A DNA stretch of 63,471 nucleotides, the filler included, from Choristocarpus tenellus KU-1152 (Eukaryota; Protista; Phaeophyceae), in the NCBI GenBank assembly GCA_964200185.2. It is 8 parts of 8 records of this genome, joined end to end, with 100 filler letters (N's around TTAATTAATTAA, not from the genome) between each part and the next. Parts side by side here need not be neighbours in the genome. Positions count along the whole stretch, not along the records: positions 34,918 to 40,843 come from CAXNAD020009394.1; positions 40,944 to 50,422 come from CAXNAD020003645.1; 6 more parts are not named here. One strand, given 5' to 3'. Positions 38,001 to 50,522 of the stretch are shown in pieces (position 1 is the first letter of the stretch; every line of letters begins with the position of its first letter). Position numbers and translations under genes: made by a program. Below the pieces are notes generated by a model. The model saw only the letters and a program-made list of their open reading frames with translations, was not told the DNA's origin and searched no databases.

Positions 38001-38300
38001 GATCAGGTTTTAAGTCTTGCCACTTTTGCTCATCTGGTTGTTTTTCACTGACATGTTTCTATTATTTTTTTTTTCTGTGTTGCAAAGTTTCAATGATACT
38101 TGAGTGGAATACAGTGCATCACACCAATACGCTACCATTTTACATGTTGATTTACTCACAACAAGTAACAATTTTAATTTCCTTGCCACCAAACAAATGC
38201 CATGGTCATATGTACAACAGTGTGATATCTACTGGTGGATTTCACTGCCCTAGTCACAACCTTCTCCTCTCATTCACACACTTCAAATATAATGGTATGT
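35100..38300 (-). pseudogene. Long decayed coding-like relic of unidentified origin (probably mobile-element derived)
   Basis: Protein-like stretches interrupted by isolated stops (e.g. EKQPDEQKWQDLKPDPSFVYSILYHMVQV...KTVTFKLNEQAWDLFLVRIR); no coherent splice model found. Confidence 0.3.
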
Positions 38301-38676
38301 AGTAATATTTGACGAAGACACAATAGCAATTGAAAATGTAGCAAACATGTGGCATCATCAACTCAGTGCTTTCCAATCATTGCCACGTGGAAAAAGACCC
38401 GTGTCATTTTTCCCCTAACCACAGTATCCCACATATGGCACATACGAAAACACAAGGGAATCTTGGGCTATTTTGAACTAAAGGGTGAAAAAATACATAC
38501 ACCACCAACTGTTCATCACACAACAATCCTATTAACGACAAACATTTGCTCATTCTAAATCAAATTCGACTTGACCTTACAACTGCAGTGAGCATCTTGC
38601 TTTTCACAATTAATCAGCCACGGCTGAGAGCTCGGTACTACAGACAGTAGATTTTATCTCCAAACTCAACTTCTCA

Positions 38677-40067
38677 TTACCAACCTCCACGGTTACCACC
38701 CCGACCACCGTGGTTGGGTGGAGCATCTCTTACTGGTATTGGGATGGTGGCCGGAGTGAAAATAGGCTGACGGATTCCATTGCTGCAGCACATCTTTACC
38801 AGAAGGAAGTCACAGCAGACCTGATCCCCACTGCAGTCCCAACTTGTCTCACAGCCATTGGGAATCTCCATCTTTGGGAAGCCCCATTCATTATTAGGTT
38901 GTTTTTCAGTCCTCTCAGTGGCCTTGACATCTTCCGTCCTCGATTGTGACTCCAATGAAAAACTAGTTTCCCCACCCCTCTCCGCATTATCGCTTGCCTC
39001 AACCATATTCATAGACGGAAGAACTGTGTCTACATCCTCCAAATCCTGAAGGTGGAAGTTGAACTGGGGTGCAATCTGGGGCACTGCCACCTTACCAGAC
39101 TGAGGTTGGGATACCCAGTCCGGAAGGTTTATCCATGCGTAGGCAAAGGGTGGTTCCACTGGTTTGCCATTCACAACAATAGTCTCTACATCGTGCCTTG
39201 ACACCATGCCGCTGTTGTTGATCTGGTAGACACTGATTCCATCCACATAGACTGGCTTTTGTCGGGCCTTGAAAAGTATTACCATATTCCAATTCATGCG
39301 CACCTGCTGCTTTGACCAGTCATACGTCACACGGAATCTGCTTTGCACGTCTTTCATCAGCACTTGCTTGAAGAAGCGAAGCGTTGCGAACAGACGCTTG
39401 TACGTGTTCAAGCCAGTCAGCACCACGCCAGTCTGGACATGGGACAACATCGGTGGTACAGTTTAAGTCTCAGGCAGTTCCAGATTTTGAGAGGAGGGGG
39501 TTGTAAGACGATTATCAGGTTGAGATTTAAAGACCTACAGCTACTCCTCTACCTGTTTCTTACAGCTTACATGAAGTCACCAAAAAAAATTAATTCCACT
39601 TGGAAAAAACTCACCGGGTCACAGAGGACGATTTCCTTGGTGTAGATGTCGAAGTTGGGAGGCTCCAAGAAAAAGAGAGGAAAATCTTGCCGTAGAGACT
39701 CGATCACCTTACCCAAGTTGATTTCGAAGTCTGGGCCTCGACCATCATCCAACTTCCTCCTTCGATCCCTCACCCCATTCTCCGCTAACCCAAGCCCCGA
39801 TTGTTTATTGTAGATTTCAGTCTGCGGGCCACCCCTTGCTACGGACATCAAGTTCCCTTGAGAGAGATGCCGTGCCTTAGTTGAACGCCCGTGAAGGCCA
39901 TGGTTGATTCCTAATCTTCCACCTCCCAATTGAGTGGTGCTACCCTGCACAGCTACTTGACCCCTCGAAGTAACAATTCGCGCGACGGCCATAGGGCCAG
40001 AAAATGAGTCTACCACTGTTGTACCTAAGCACATAGCCACAGCAAGGCATATCTTGGCAGAAACCAT
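38677..40067 (-). CDS. DUF2358/NTF2-like protein, probably plastid-targeted, with a C-terminal six-Cys motif; complete, 2 exons, 402 aa
   Basis: Exons 40067-39615 and 39432-38677 (GT-AG, phase 0). Motifs NLGKVIESLRQDFP, FDIYTKEIVLCDPTG, GLNTYKRLF and DGISVYQINNSGMVSRH. N-terminus MVSAKICLAVAMCLGTTVVDS-F. Confidence 0.85.
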
Positions 40068-40843
40068 CCTCGATCCTTTCTGAAAGTACTCCCACGCAGT
40101 GCTGAGTTTGTCTAATCAAACCAACCTAAGCAGAGGTAATGCTTGGGAAGGTATGCTGGAGGGTGCCCACTCTCGTCGTAATGTTGATACTTGTTCTGCT
40201 GTGACAAATTTCGAGAAGAGGGTGCTTGTTGGTTCAGTGGTGTAAGTAAGTGTATTGGAACTGACCCAGTATACAACTGACAAACAAACCCTTTGTTCTG
40301 ATCAGAGAATGGGTTGGTTGGTTTGAGGTGACGTGGTTTAATATAGATCAAAATAAAAAAGCATTCCACTCAATTAATATAGGAATTAGTAATATACTAC
40401 GCAAAACATATTTGAAGTTAAAGTAGAACAGAGAAGGTCTTTTGAAGGCCACAGTAGAAAATGTCAGAGGTGATTTTTTTTAAGTACACTTTGTTTTTTC
40501 TCCGAAGTACTGAGTCTGTTCGTAGTCGTCAGCTGTCAGCATAATCGATGAGTCAGCTGATCGTTGATTGTAGTTACAAATGTCAAACGTGAATGACGCT
40601 TCAAAGAAATATATATATTGAAGAATAGTAGTAGGAGTATATTTTTACGTCATCCAACATTATACTTGAGAGATTTTTCAGAGGAGTACAACATAATAAA
40701 CAAAAAGTAATTTAGAGGTGTCAGCGACAAATCACCTTTATTCCGATTTTCGACATTGATGAGGATAATATTGGTAGGAAAGGAGTAGTTAAATCCAGAC
40801 TACGCCAAATTGTTTCGGTGACTACGCAAGTAGCATTATCTCG

Positions 40844-40943
40844 NNNNNNNNNNNNNNNNNNNNNNNNNNNNNNNNNNNNNNNNNNNNTTAATTAATTAAN
40901 NNNNNNNNNNNNNNNNNNNNNNNNNNNNNNNNNNNNNNNNNNN
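40844..40943. other. Artificial contig-joining spacer
   Basis: N44-TTAATTAATTAA-N44. Confidence 0.98.
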
Positions 40944-43900
40944 CTGGCTGGCCTTGCTGTAGGTGCGTGGGGCGGGTTCGGTCCGGGCGGCCGCTCCCCC
41001 CGGCGGGAACAACTCCGCCCCCCCCCCCCCCCCCCCCCCTGGCTCGTTTCACAAGATCTTACGAGGGGGGTAAAGATTATGAATTTATTTTGTCGCATGT
41101 GTTGAGGAGCTGTCCATTCATAGTCGAGAGCATTTTCTATATTTAAAAAATGCCTTAGTAAATTATTTTGGGTGATATATTCGTAATCAGGTCAAAATAG
41201 AAGGTGAACGCTACACATCAACGTAAAAAACATGCCAGGAACAATAACTCTGTCAATAGTACGGTAGATGCGGACATTTCCTGGACCTTTGTCTCTTGAT
41301 TGATTCGATCATTTTCGTTCAGTTTACATACTACAAAAGATACCGTTGATAGTAGTATCGCTTGTTGGTGAATGATCTTGTTCCAAGCATCTTCCAGTGT
41401 TTTCTAAATCTTCTGTTGATTTGAAAATTTGGTCTTGAAGAAGTGGTACCGTTCACACATGTCTTTATTTTTGTTCAGGAGTGCTCAATAAACTTACCCC
41501 ACTCTATCTATGTGACACTGGAACTGCATGAGAGTTTACTGGTAGAGTTGGAGTTGTTCAGATTGCTTCTCATTGTTAAGTATGTTAACCATGACTTTCT
41601 TGGTAGTTAACAGAGATGTCACGACTTTTTGAAAACCTTTTATTCCAAAATGTGGGCCAAGCAACAAGTAATATAAAACTATGAAGCCTTTGGTCATGAG
41701 AGGCATGCTGAAGACATGTGTGAAGTGATGCGTCAATGAAATTGACGGGCTGTGGAGGGATAAATCTGTGTGGGATATGTTTCAATGAATTGAGAATTTC
41801 ATGTTCCATGAACATGGATACAGGCGAAGAGTTTTCGAGGTTCTCAGTAAGTACTATGCTCTTCTAAACTACTCTGGAGTACACGTTTTTCTATCCTGTA
41901 CAGTGTGCAATGGGTGTTCATCAATATAATGATGTGATCAAAGAACTTCTCAATTTTTCGTGGTTGATATTTGGAGGCTTCTAAGCAGGTTTCCTGATCT
42001 GTCTGCGATAGGATCACCTCAACACCTACTTTGTGTTATAAAGTGCGTTATCAGTAATCTGTGTTGCTGTGCAGGGTTTGTAGTTGTGTGTATGGTTTGT
42101 GTATCACATCTCTCCCTACAATGGTGTACCTTTCAACCTGTACCCTTTTCAATCTTATGTAGGTTTTCCTTACCAAGATGTGCAGACAACATTAGCCCAA
42201 CATTATAAATCTTGTCCTCAACAGACAGGGTTACGCTCAGTATGTGTTACGTGGATCATTTTTTCATCTAAGGTTAAAGTACCATCTAGAGCAAATGGTG
42301 GGACTTCGTGGTATCAAGAGTTTAAAGACATTTTTGTTCTTGCGCAGTTGCATGTACGAAGGGCTGGTATGGTATTGCCATGATTTCTTGGTACTCTACA
42401 GTCATTTCTTATTACAAGAAGACTCTGTTGCAAACCAGTCCATATATGAGAAGGTGACTGGTTAACTTAGTCGACATTGTGGAAGGGGCTTTTTATCATT
42501 CTGATGTAAATGGTACAAGGGATTGTCAACTAGTGTATATGATATGTAAGAAAACAATGGTGGCTCTTGTATATTGGATGCAGAGTTGGTGCGGGGAAGT
42601 GAAGTTTCTAGAGATCGAGTCGAAAGGGTGGTGGCTGTTGCCAATGCATGAAGTAAAATGCAAAGCAATGCTCCAGCCTGGCTTGAGGTGCCATCCCCCT
42701 GCTGATTTCGCTTTGATGTTTGTTTCAGCAGTCTCCAGCTGTGTAATTGAGTAACTTATTTGTGGTGGATGGAGACCCATCTTGTAAAAAGTATCTTTTT
42801 ACGTAATGAGGTTGGTTGAAAATAGTCGATGCCCTCTCTTTCTGTTGTGTGGCATGGCATATATTTATGTAAGATTTGGCGAAAACTTAATTTTACTTTT
42901 TTTGTTTTTGCACTTAACTTGCATTGTATCTTTTTATTTCTTGTAGACATTAAAAAAATTGCGCATGGGTAATTTTTATTGATGACCTAGAATTGTCACT
43001 CAGAAATCCTAAATAGCTGCCCGCAGTTAATGTGTTTGTTTAGCCGTACGTGGCTGACATTAGGGACGAATCATTTTTCCATTGGAACGTATTGTTGAAG
43101 TATTGGACCTGGTGATCAATAGTTGGATATTCTTGTTGGGATTATTCACGGTAGAGCACGTATCACAGATTTAAACAGGGATACACTTCCGGTTTATTTA
43201 AACAAGAAAATCCATGTTACATACTCTCTGGGATCATGCATCATTTATGTATAACCTGGCAAAAATTGCACTGCATGTATTTGTGTGGATTTTGATTAAC
43301 AGCACTTGAGGATAGGTTGTAAATACTCATCTCTAGTGCCATTTTTCTTCGATAGTTCGTCATTTCTACTCAGTGTTAGTGGAAATCATAACAAAAAGTG
43401 TTGGCAGACAAAGCGTTGAACAACTTGTACTTGGTGAATTTAATGAGTCAGTTCCTCTATTTTATTTGTGTAGTTAGAATTTGATAATGAGAGGTTGATT
43501 GATAAGAGGTCAGTCACACTTGTATATTTATTGGTGTCTGGGGTGATAATTCCCTTTTTAATGTCTCACCATGAAATTGCAGTTGGTTCTGGTCCAGTTT
43601 TTGTTGAAGTTAAGACAATGGTGCACTGATAAAACTGTGTTATCCAAAGCCCTTACACTACCAGGCTCTCATTAGAAGATTCGGTGTAAGTGCTAATTTT
43701 TCGCATGTCTTGACTTCTTGCAATGGAAGAGAAAGCTACTATATGGGCTCGATCTTGTTCCATTTATCCTGTGAGTCACAAGAGGGGCTTCAGGAACTGG
43801 GACTTTGAACCAAGAGAAGTTTCAATTCTATCCTGTTCAGAAGCACAGTTCTTGCAATGCCACCAAGACCTGATGTGCATAACTATGTGGGTATGGTTAA

Positions 43901-44293
43901 AGTTGATCCTTTGTTTTTAGAATGAATCATTACTAGTCCAGATCTGTTGCCCCTTCCTGCACACTGCTAAAACCTTTTGCTTTGGCGTTGCGTCCAGATT
44001 GCCTGTATTTGTTATCTCTCGAGATACCTCTCGTTTTTACAACATAGATTATAATACCTTTCATCCACCTTGGGGACTACTTCCCCACAATATTTTGATT
44101 CATTCTCTCTGTTCTCTCTCTATATGCTCTGTTGACACCAGGGTGCGATGTAAAGACTTGAGTCCTGGTTACTACTCTCTTGCTTTCTTAAGGTGTGAGC
44201 TGCTTCCTTGTATTTTCAGCAAATTTCAAAGGAACGAAGTAGTCAACTCTCTGTTCTCAATGTGTGTTGCTTTTTGTACTTGGTTATGTGTAG

Positions 44294-44474
44294 GTATCAG
44301 GTGGACATCGACCTCAAGAAGGCTGTTGATGACTCCGCACTCAAGACTGCCAAGCTAGAGGTGCGTAAGGCTGTGAAGAAGGTTTTCGAGGAGCGTTACC
44401 TCAACCAACGCGATACCAGGAGTGAGAAGAAGGCGACAGGCGTCAAGTACTTCTTTGAAAAGCTGCGATTCTGA
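44294..44474 (+). CDS. RPL27: 60S ribosomal protein L27 (eL27), last exon
   Basis: tgtgtag|G acceptor, then YQVDIDLK...VKKVFEERY...KYFFEKLRF*, matching the eL27 C-terminus. Upstream exons were not found on this contig. Confidence 0.9.
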
Positions 44475-44691
44475 GTTAAAGCTAATTTCTAGGAATGAAG
44501 GGTTGACATGCCTTGTCCCTGTTATTTGTTCGCTGTTGTGGGTACTCATCTGTGTTGATGTATTACTTGCTCACGTGTTCTGAAATAATAATTGACTGGC
44601 ATGTGCGTCCGTGTGCGCTTGTGAAACATTATGGTCTAATGGATTACAAAATTTTGAGTATGTGCATGGAGAAGTCGCCATTCTGCTTTAC

Positions 44692-47600
44692 CTACTGCTC
44701 AGGCTCAATGACAGCATCAGTCACAACTCTCTGAACCTTCAGTCAGAAATTGATTTTGAAGTTACATATCTGAAAGGTATACTGGTAATCTTGACTGCAC
44801 AGATCAGAAACAAAATACTTCAGTACGCGATTCACTACCAATCTATTAGTGTGTTAATATTTCATTATTTTAGGATTTCGTAGTTGATTCAACCAAATTG
44901 AACGATCCTTTTTTTCAAAAGTAATAGGCCTATGGAAGGACTGGTATTGACTTGAAACTCGACAATTATTGTGGTTCATAATGAATGGAAAATGTCCTTG
45001 ATAAAAGAGGTGACCCTTACGAGGAGTTGAATCAGGGACTAAAGAGATAATAGATCCAGAGGCCCTCTCTATAATATCCTTGGTGAGCATGCAAACGTGC
45101 AGGTGTATATCGAAGTATGCAGGTTTGTGTGTGTGTGTAGCACTCTTCAGTATACGAGCCGAAGTAAACGAGAGATACACAGGTTTTGGTCGTTTCCCAT
45201 TTCAAGACTGCTTTTCAATCTTTTGCAATTCGCATATATTTCCATGATAAAAGTGCTAAGTTCGACTTCAGAGTGTTGATTCCTTTATTTTATCCATAAG
45301 TATATAGTTATTACTGTGATGTGCAATATTTTATTTGCATGCCAAAAATACAAAACAATGGTACTCGAACCTTCCAAATGGACTATCACTAGTTAGATGA
45401 CGAGGCATTTGACTACCTTAAGAGAGTCATAGTTAGGTTCATCTCCAAGGCGATGTAGAAGCTCAACAACTCTTTTCTTCTGATGAGAAGTGACAGTGAC
45501 CAACAAACCTCACCTCATGCAATAATAGCAGCAAGAGCAAGGGTCATCAGGGGGGCACATAATAAGTAGTTTCCGTTACTGTTACCTCAAATTTCTTTGA
45601 GGGGGGAGGCGTGCTGCAATGAATAAAAGTTTTATGTGTGATCGACGGCTATGAATCATTTGATCCTTAACATCACACACAAAGCAGCAAATGGTTCCAA
45701 ATACGGTTGGAGATAGTTCTGAAAGAGATGAGTAGTTGTGTGAATTTTTGTTTTTATAGTAGGACGAGAATTGAGAACCGAACCAACTGAGAGGTAGGGA
45801 GAGTTGCATTTCAACGATTTTGAGAAGGGCGAAAAAGGTATTAAGTATAATTATAGAGAGAAGCTTCGCTGAATTGTGGTGTCATTTTGTGTGTGAAAAG
45901 GGGGAATGTCAATATTTCGTACACTATTTTGCACTCAAAGCAAAGGGTAATAAAGGTTGCTTGGAATGTAGAAGGAAGGGTCCAAACCTGCCTACCTCTC
46001 AGTTCGTTTGACTCTGAGCTATCTTACCTCGGAAAGGGGTCAATTTAGACCCTGTTGAGCATTTTGATCTCCGTGAAACTTCCGCCTGACACCCACTTAT
46101 CCATCCATGCCTGAGGTTTACTCAACTTCCGAGAGGAGTTTGTGCTTGTCGAAGACGAGGATACGATGTTTCATCAACATAAGTGCAAAATCGCCATCCA
46201 TAGTGAGTGCTTGAAGCACTTACACCGGTAGGCATTCACAAGAGTTCAAATACTCAATGAGAACCTCCTCCAAGATAGGATGGATCTCTGTAAGCCTACT
46301 TAAAAAAGTGTTGTCTATGGCACTGTGAAACAGGGCACACACTATGGGTTCTTGCTGTCAGATTGCGTCAATGCTATAAATATTGAAGACAACTCAGTTT
46401 GGAGGGCGAATGTGCTGCTATTACCTACCAGCAGTCATTCTGTCCCCTCAATATAAGATGGAAAACAGAACAAAACATTATCTTGATACATATTTTTGAC
46501 ACGTACATGTATTGCTCTACTTGTACAAAGAGTAAAAAAACAGGCAAGCCCAACACCAATAAAGCATCAATAATACAGCTACAGGTATCAACCAATAATA
46601 CATCACAAGGATAATGACTGATTGATCTTCTCAAGGAAAACATGCCAGATATTACACCAAACAGTTAGTTCAACATACATTCCCTCCATCGAAGTACCCT
46701 GCCTGTATGTCCCCTACTTGCTTTGGCTTTGAAGGCACAAGGAACAGCATGACCCAAGTATCTACTACCTCCTGCAGCCCTTCCCAATGTGTGGGCATAC
46801 AAGCAACCTGCCCAATCGCAAAAACACACACACGCACACAAACAGTAACATATCACAGTCAGCAAACAAAATGGGTCCATGTTCTCTTGTGCTGGTGCAG
46901 TCTTAGCAGGAGAATCATCTTGATTTTGAAAGGCTACTATATACTCAAAAGAAAAACACTGCTACTGTACACGACAAATAAATGATGTACCTACTGGACC
47001 AAACCTCTAGGACCAAAAGACAGCGCTTTTCCATAATGAGATGCTCTCACAAACAACACCAAAGCAGCCTCAAGCAGAAACCTCTTAATCAGAAACAACA
47101 AAAAATGGACAAGCATAGAAAAACAGGCTCCAGAGTTTTTCCATCAATACACAAAAGTCAGCAGAGAGTCTTGGTTAGCCAGGAGGGCAAGGAGGTAAGA
47201 GACCATTCCTTTTTCCTTGTCCAGAGTAGTTACTTAGCTCTTCTCGGATCATATCTTCCAGCACCAACTGGTCACTCAATCTTGTAACCAGATCGGCCCC
47301 CTCTTTGAAACAAACAAGAAAAAACACGATGATACCCCTTACCCACAAACTTTCACTGCACAGTTATCAAGCCATGAGTACACATGTAGTGGTCATCCAA
47401 CACCAAATCAATTGCACACTCCATGATTCCGTGGGTGGAAAATCAGATAGACACTTATCGCCATCTACATACGTATTGCTACAGTCATCTCCACTTCTTG
47501 CCCAGACCTCTCTTTCCTTTGAGGATCACTGTAGATGACCGTCATCGACCAAACCGGCCTTCCAACTCACTACAAAAATGAAATCTTATTGGCACTAGCA

Positions 47601-50170
47601 TCCACCCCACCCAGCTAGATAGTCCTGACCAAAAGCACAGCCACAGCTTCGCCATTGTCTGATACTCCCCTCGCCATTAGTGAGGTGGACCTAGACTGCA
47701 AACCAGCCTCCTAGCCTTTTGTAGCTACCCATCCTCTTCCTTCCCTGTGCAATAATGTAGTACCTAGGTTAAAAGGCTCCCTTACTCACAACCACAGGGA
47801 TACCACCTCAAGCCCTCAGGTCCTCAAATCACCTAACTTCCAGCCGTCTGCCGCCTCCTCCCCCCCCCCCCCCCCCCCCCCTTGCAGACACAGTTGTCTG
47901 TTCTTGCTCGCTTCTTCTGACTGAGGCAACCCTGGCGTCATACAGGCACTTCCGAATGAGAAGATCCGCGCCAGCTCGTGCGTTTCGGGGGAGATACAGA
48001 CGTGTGTCCTGTGACGCAATAGGGTACACAGTTATGTGAGATCATCGAGGGCACCAGCACAGGTTGCACGAGGTTTTATCAGGTTTTATCAGGTTTTATC
48101 AGGGATTATGAGGCGTGTGAGAGTGGACAGATGTAAAGTAATGAGACGATCAACAAATGGACGCAATAGTGTGGCAGAGAAATGTTCTTTCAAAAATTCA
48201 AAAAAACTTTTTTTTGGGGGGAGGGGGACAAATAGGAAAACTTAAAACACAGCTTCAACGTAATAATAAGTATTTTAGAACACAATACGCGCGTGGTGAT
48301 AATGTAACAATAATAAATAATAATAATAATATCTTACCAAATGGTGAACAACAGAACAAAAATTCTTTTTCTAGGTCACAAGAATGACCCTTGAATATCA
48401 TATTTTCTAGACTCCCCCCCTCTCCACCCCCCACTCCCCATAAAAAATCTTATCTGGTGGTGTCATCACACAGCATAGGATGGCATTACAGTCTGTGCGG
48501 TAAGTTGAGTTAAATTTTCATGAGGGGAGTTATATAGTATAGTATGGCGTGGAATGGTGTGTTGCATCAGTCTTGTGAGATGGTGGCATGAAGGACAAAG
48601 ACTGGGGTTGAAAAGGGGAGTGGGGCAATAAATATCCACACTGGCCATACTGTCTCAAGGCGATGCATGAGAATATAGATAAATTATACAGGGTAGCATC
48701 ATCTGCTGGAGTTGAGGAGGGGAGGGGTTAAGAGTTGAGAGGGGACAGATTCTTGCATGCAGTTTTGTTGATGTTGCTATGAACCAGACACACCAGAGGC
48801 TTACTGGCTCTCTATTTGTTCACTACCTGCCATGGACAAACCACCCACCCTTTTCACCAAGGCAGCTTAGTTTTACTGCAGACAAGCATTTGTGTGTTAT
48901 GTGTGTTACACTACTAAATATCATAAAGCCATGCGTTCACCAAGTCTATTTACAGTGTGGGACCAGTAGAAATAAATAATACTAGAACAAAAGGGAAAAA
49001 TCAAGACAGATACACACTAAACAGATGTGTGTAACATCTCCCTAACCTAACCTAACCTAACCTAACCTAACCTTCCCCTCCCCCCCCCCTCCCTGCACAT
49101 TAGCAAACCCACCCTCGCAAATGGAAAGTATTTTACAGGCGGTCCACCCTTGACCTCCGCAGTCCTGTCCCCAGGCAAAAGCCTTCCTGTGAGAGAGAGC
49201 CGGCGCAGTGTAACCTTCTGGTCGTGGACCACCTTTGACAGTTGTTTCCGGAGCTGTCGCCCCCTCTTCTTTAACAACTCCTTCCTGGCATTGCCCTTGA
49301 GTTTCGAAACCTGCAAGAGAGACATAGAGAGATTATGGGAGAGGAGGGCAGCAAAAGGAGGGGGAGTGGGGAGGGGAGAGGGGTCCGGACACAAATTTCA
49401 AGTTCAGAGACAGGTGTGGTGGATAGCCTATTGGCCTGTTAACACATTTGCTTCACAAGTGAAGGGAGGGAGGGCAGTAAGGTATACATCATGCCTTAAC
49501 TAGCAAGGATATCTGTGGCAGCCACGAGGTGTAAATAAGCATTCACCACAGGGCAAGAACCATAGCTACGGGATGAAAAAAAAAAACCAGAAAAAAGAGA
49601 GGAGAGTCTTGGGACTTGTGGGGAAGAAAGGTCAAGAGGAGTTACTATTTTATTTTTTGTGACAGTTGAGAAAAAAAATCAAGCGCAATTCATATATACA
49701 CACTAGTACTCATTTCCTTTTCATGTATTCTTGACTTGTGTGCTCTAACCCTGTAACCTGATTTCACCTGCTAACGCAACACACCCGTCTATGTCTGGAC
49801 TAATCTCAAAAACAAAAAAAACAACCGTTTGTCTATTCATTGACGGAAAGCGTCTCCAATCTCAGTAGCTATTTTTATTTTTTAACACAAAAAATAAAAA
49901 TAACATACACGCGTGAAACAAATATATAAAATTCTTGCATCATATTTTACACATTGCAAGGTGATCTCGACACCCAACCACCCTGCACAGGCAAGGCACG
50001 TACGTACCATACTCAAGAATCAAGAATCAAGACCAAAGATGTCCACTGCCATCATCCAGTCACCGTCCACTCACATCAACTTCTTCCTCTGGCATCTTCG
50101 CTGCAAGAGTCCCTCGGCAGTTGGACGCTCCGCACATGCACTTGAACTTGGACGCCTCATTTGTTGAAAA
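44692..50170 (-). CDS. SET-domain histone-lysine methyltransferase, 3' part (post-SET plus long C-terminal tail)
   Basis: Exon 50170-50075 encodes FKCMCGASNCRGTL (post-SET CxCx4CRG). Exons 49310-49113, 48008-47833, 47528-47473 and 47302-47234 follow in phase. Further small exons down to a stop at 44692 are less certain. Confidence 0.7.
49041..49072. repeat. (CCTAA)6 microsatellite, intronic
   Basis: Six tandem pentamers. Confidence 0.9.
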
Positions 50171-50422
50171 CTTAATTAATTTGTTTTTTCAGCCGGAAAT
50201 GCCGTATTAAACAAGCCACCAATAGTACAGAATGAGTTAATATATATACACATAAATGTTAAAAATTGATACCTGCATTCTTGTAAAAAAAAAAGGTAAT
50301 GTGACACTTGGAAGCATAACATCAAACATGCACAAAAAAAAAAATACACAGAAAGACTTGATATATATATATATATATATACCCCAACCCACAAATAAAT
50401 TTAATTAAATTATTTTTAAATT

Positions 50423-50522
50423 NNNNNNNNNNNNNNNNNNNNNNNNNNNNNNNNNNNNNNNNNNNNTTAATTAATTAANNNNNNNNNNNNNNNNNNNNNN
50501 NNNNNNNNNNNNNNNNNNNNNN
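50423..50522. other. Artificial contig-joining spacer
   Basis: N44-TTAATTAATTAA-N44. Confidence 0.98.

Noticed and set aside
46690-46810. Additional GC donor CAG|GCAGGG in the SET-gene tail
   Set aside because: The reading frame is ambiguous and a GT lies 5 nt away, so it was not counted.
49041-49072. (CCTAA)6 as a telomere
   Set aside because: Only ~30 bp, internal and intronic; a simple microsatellite.
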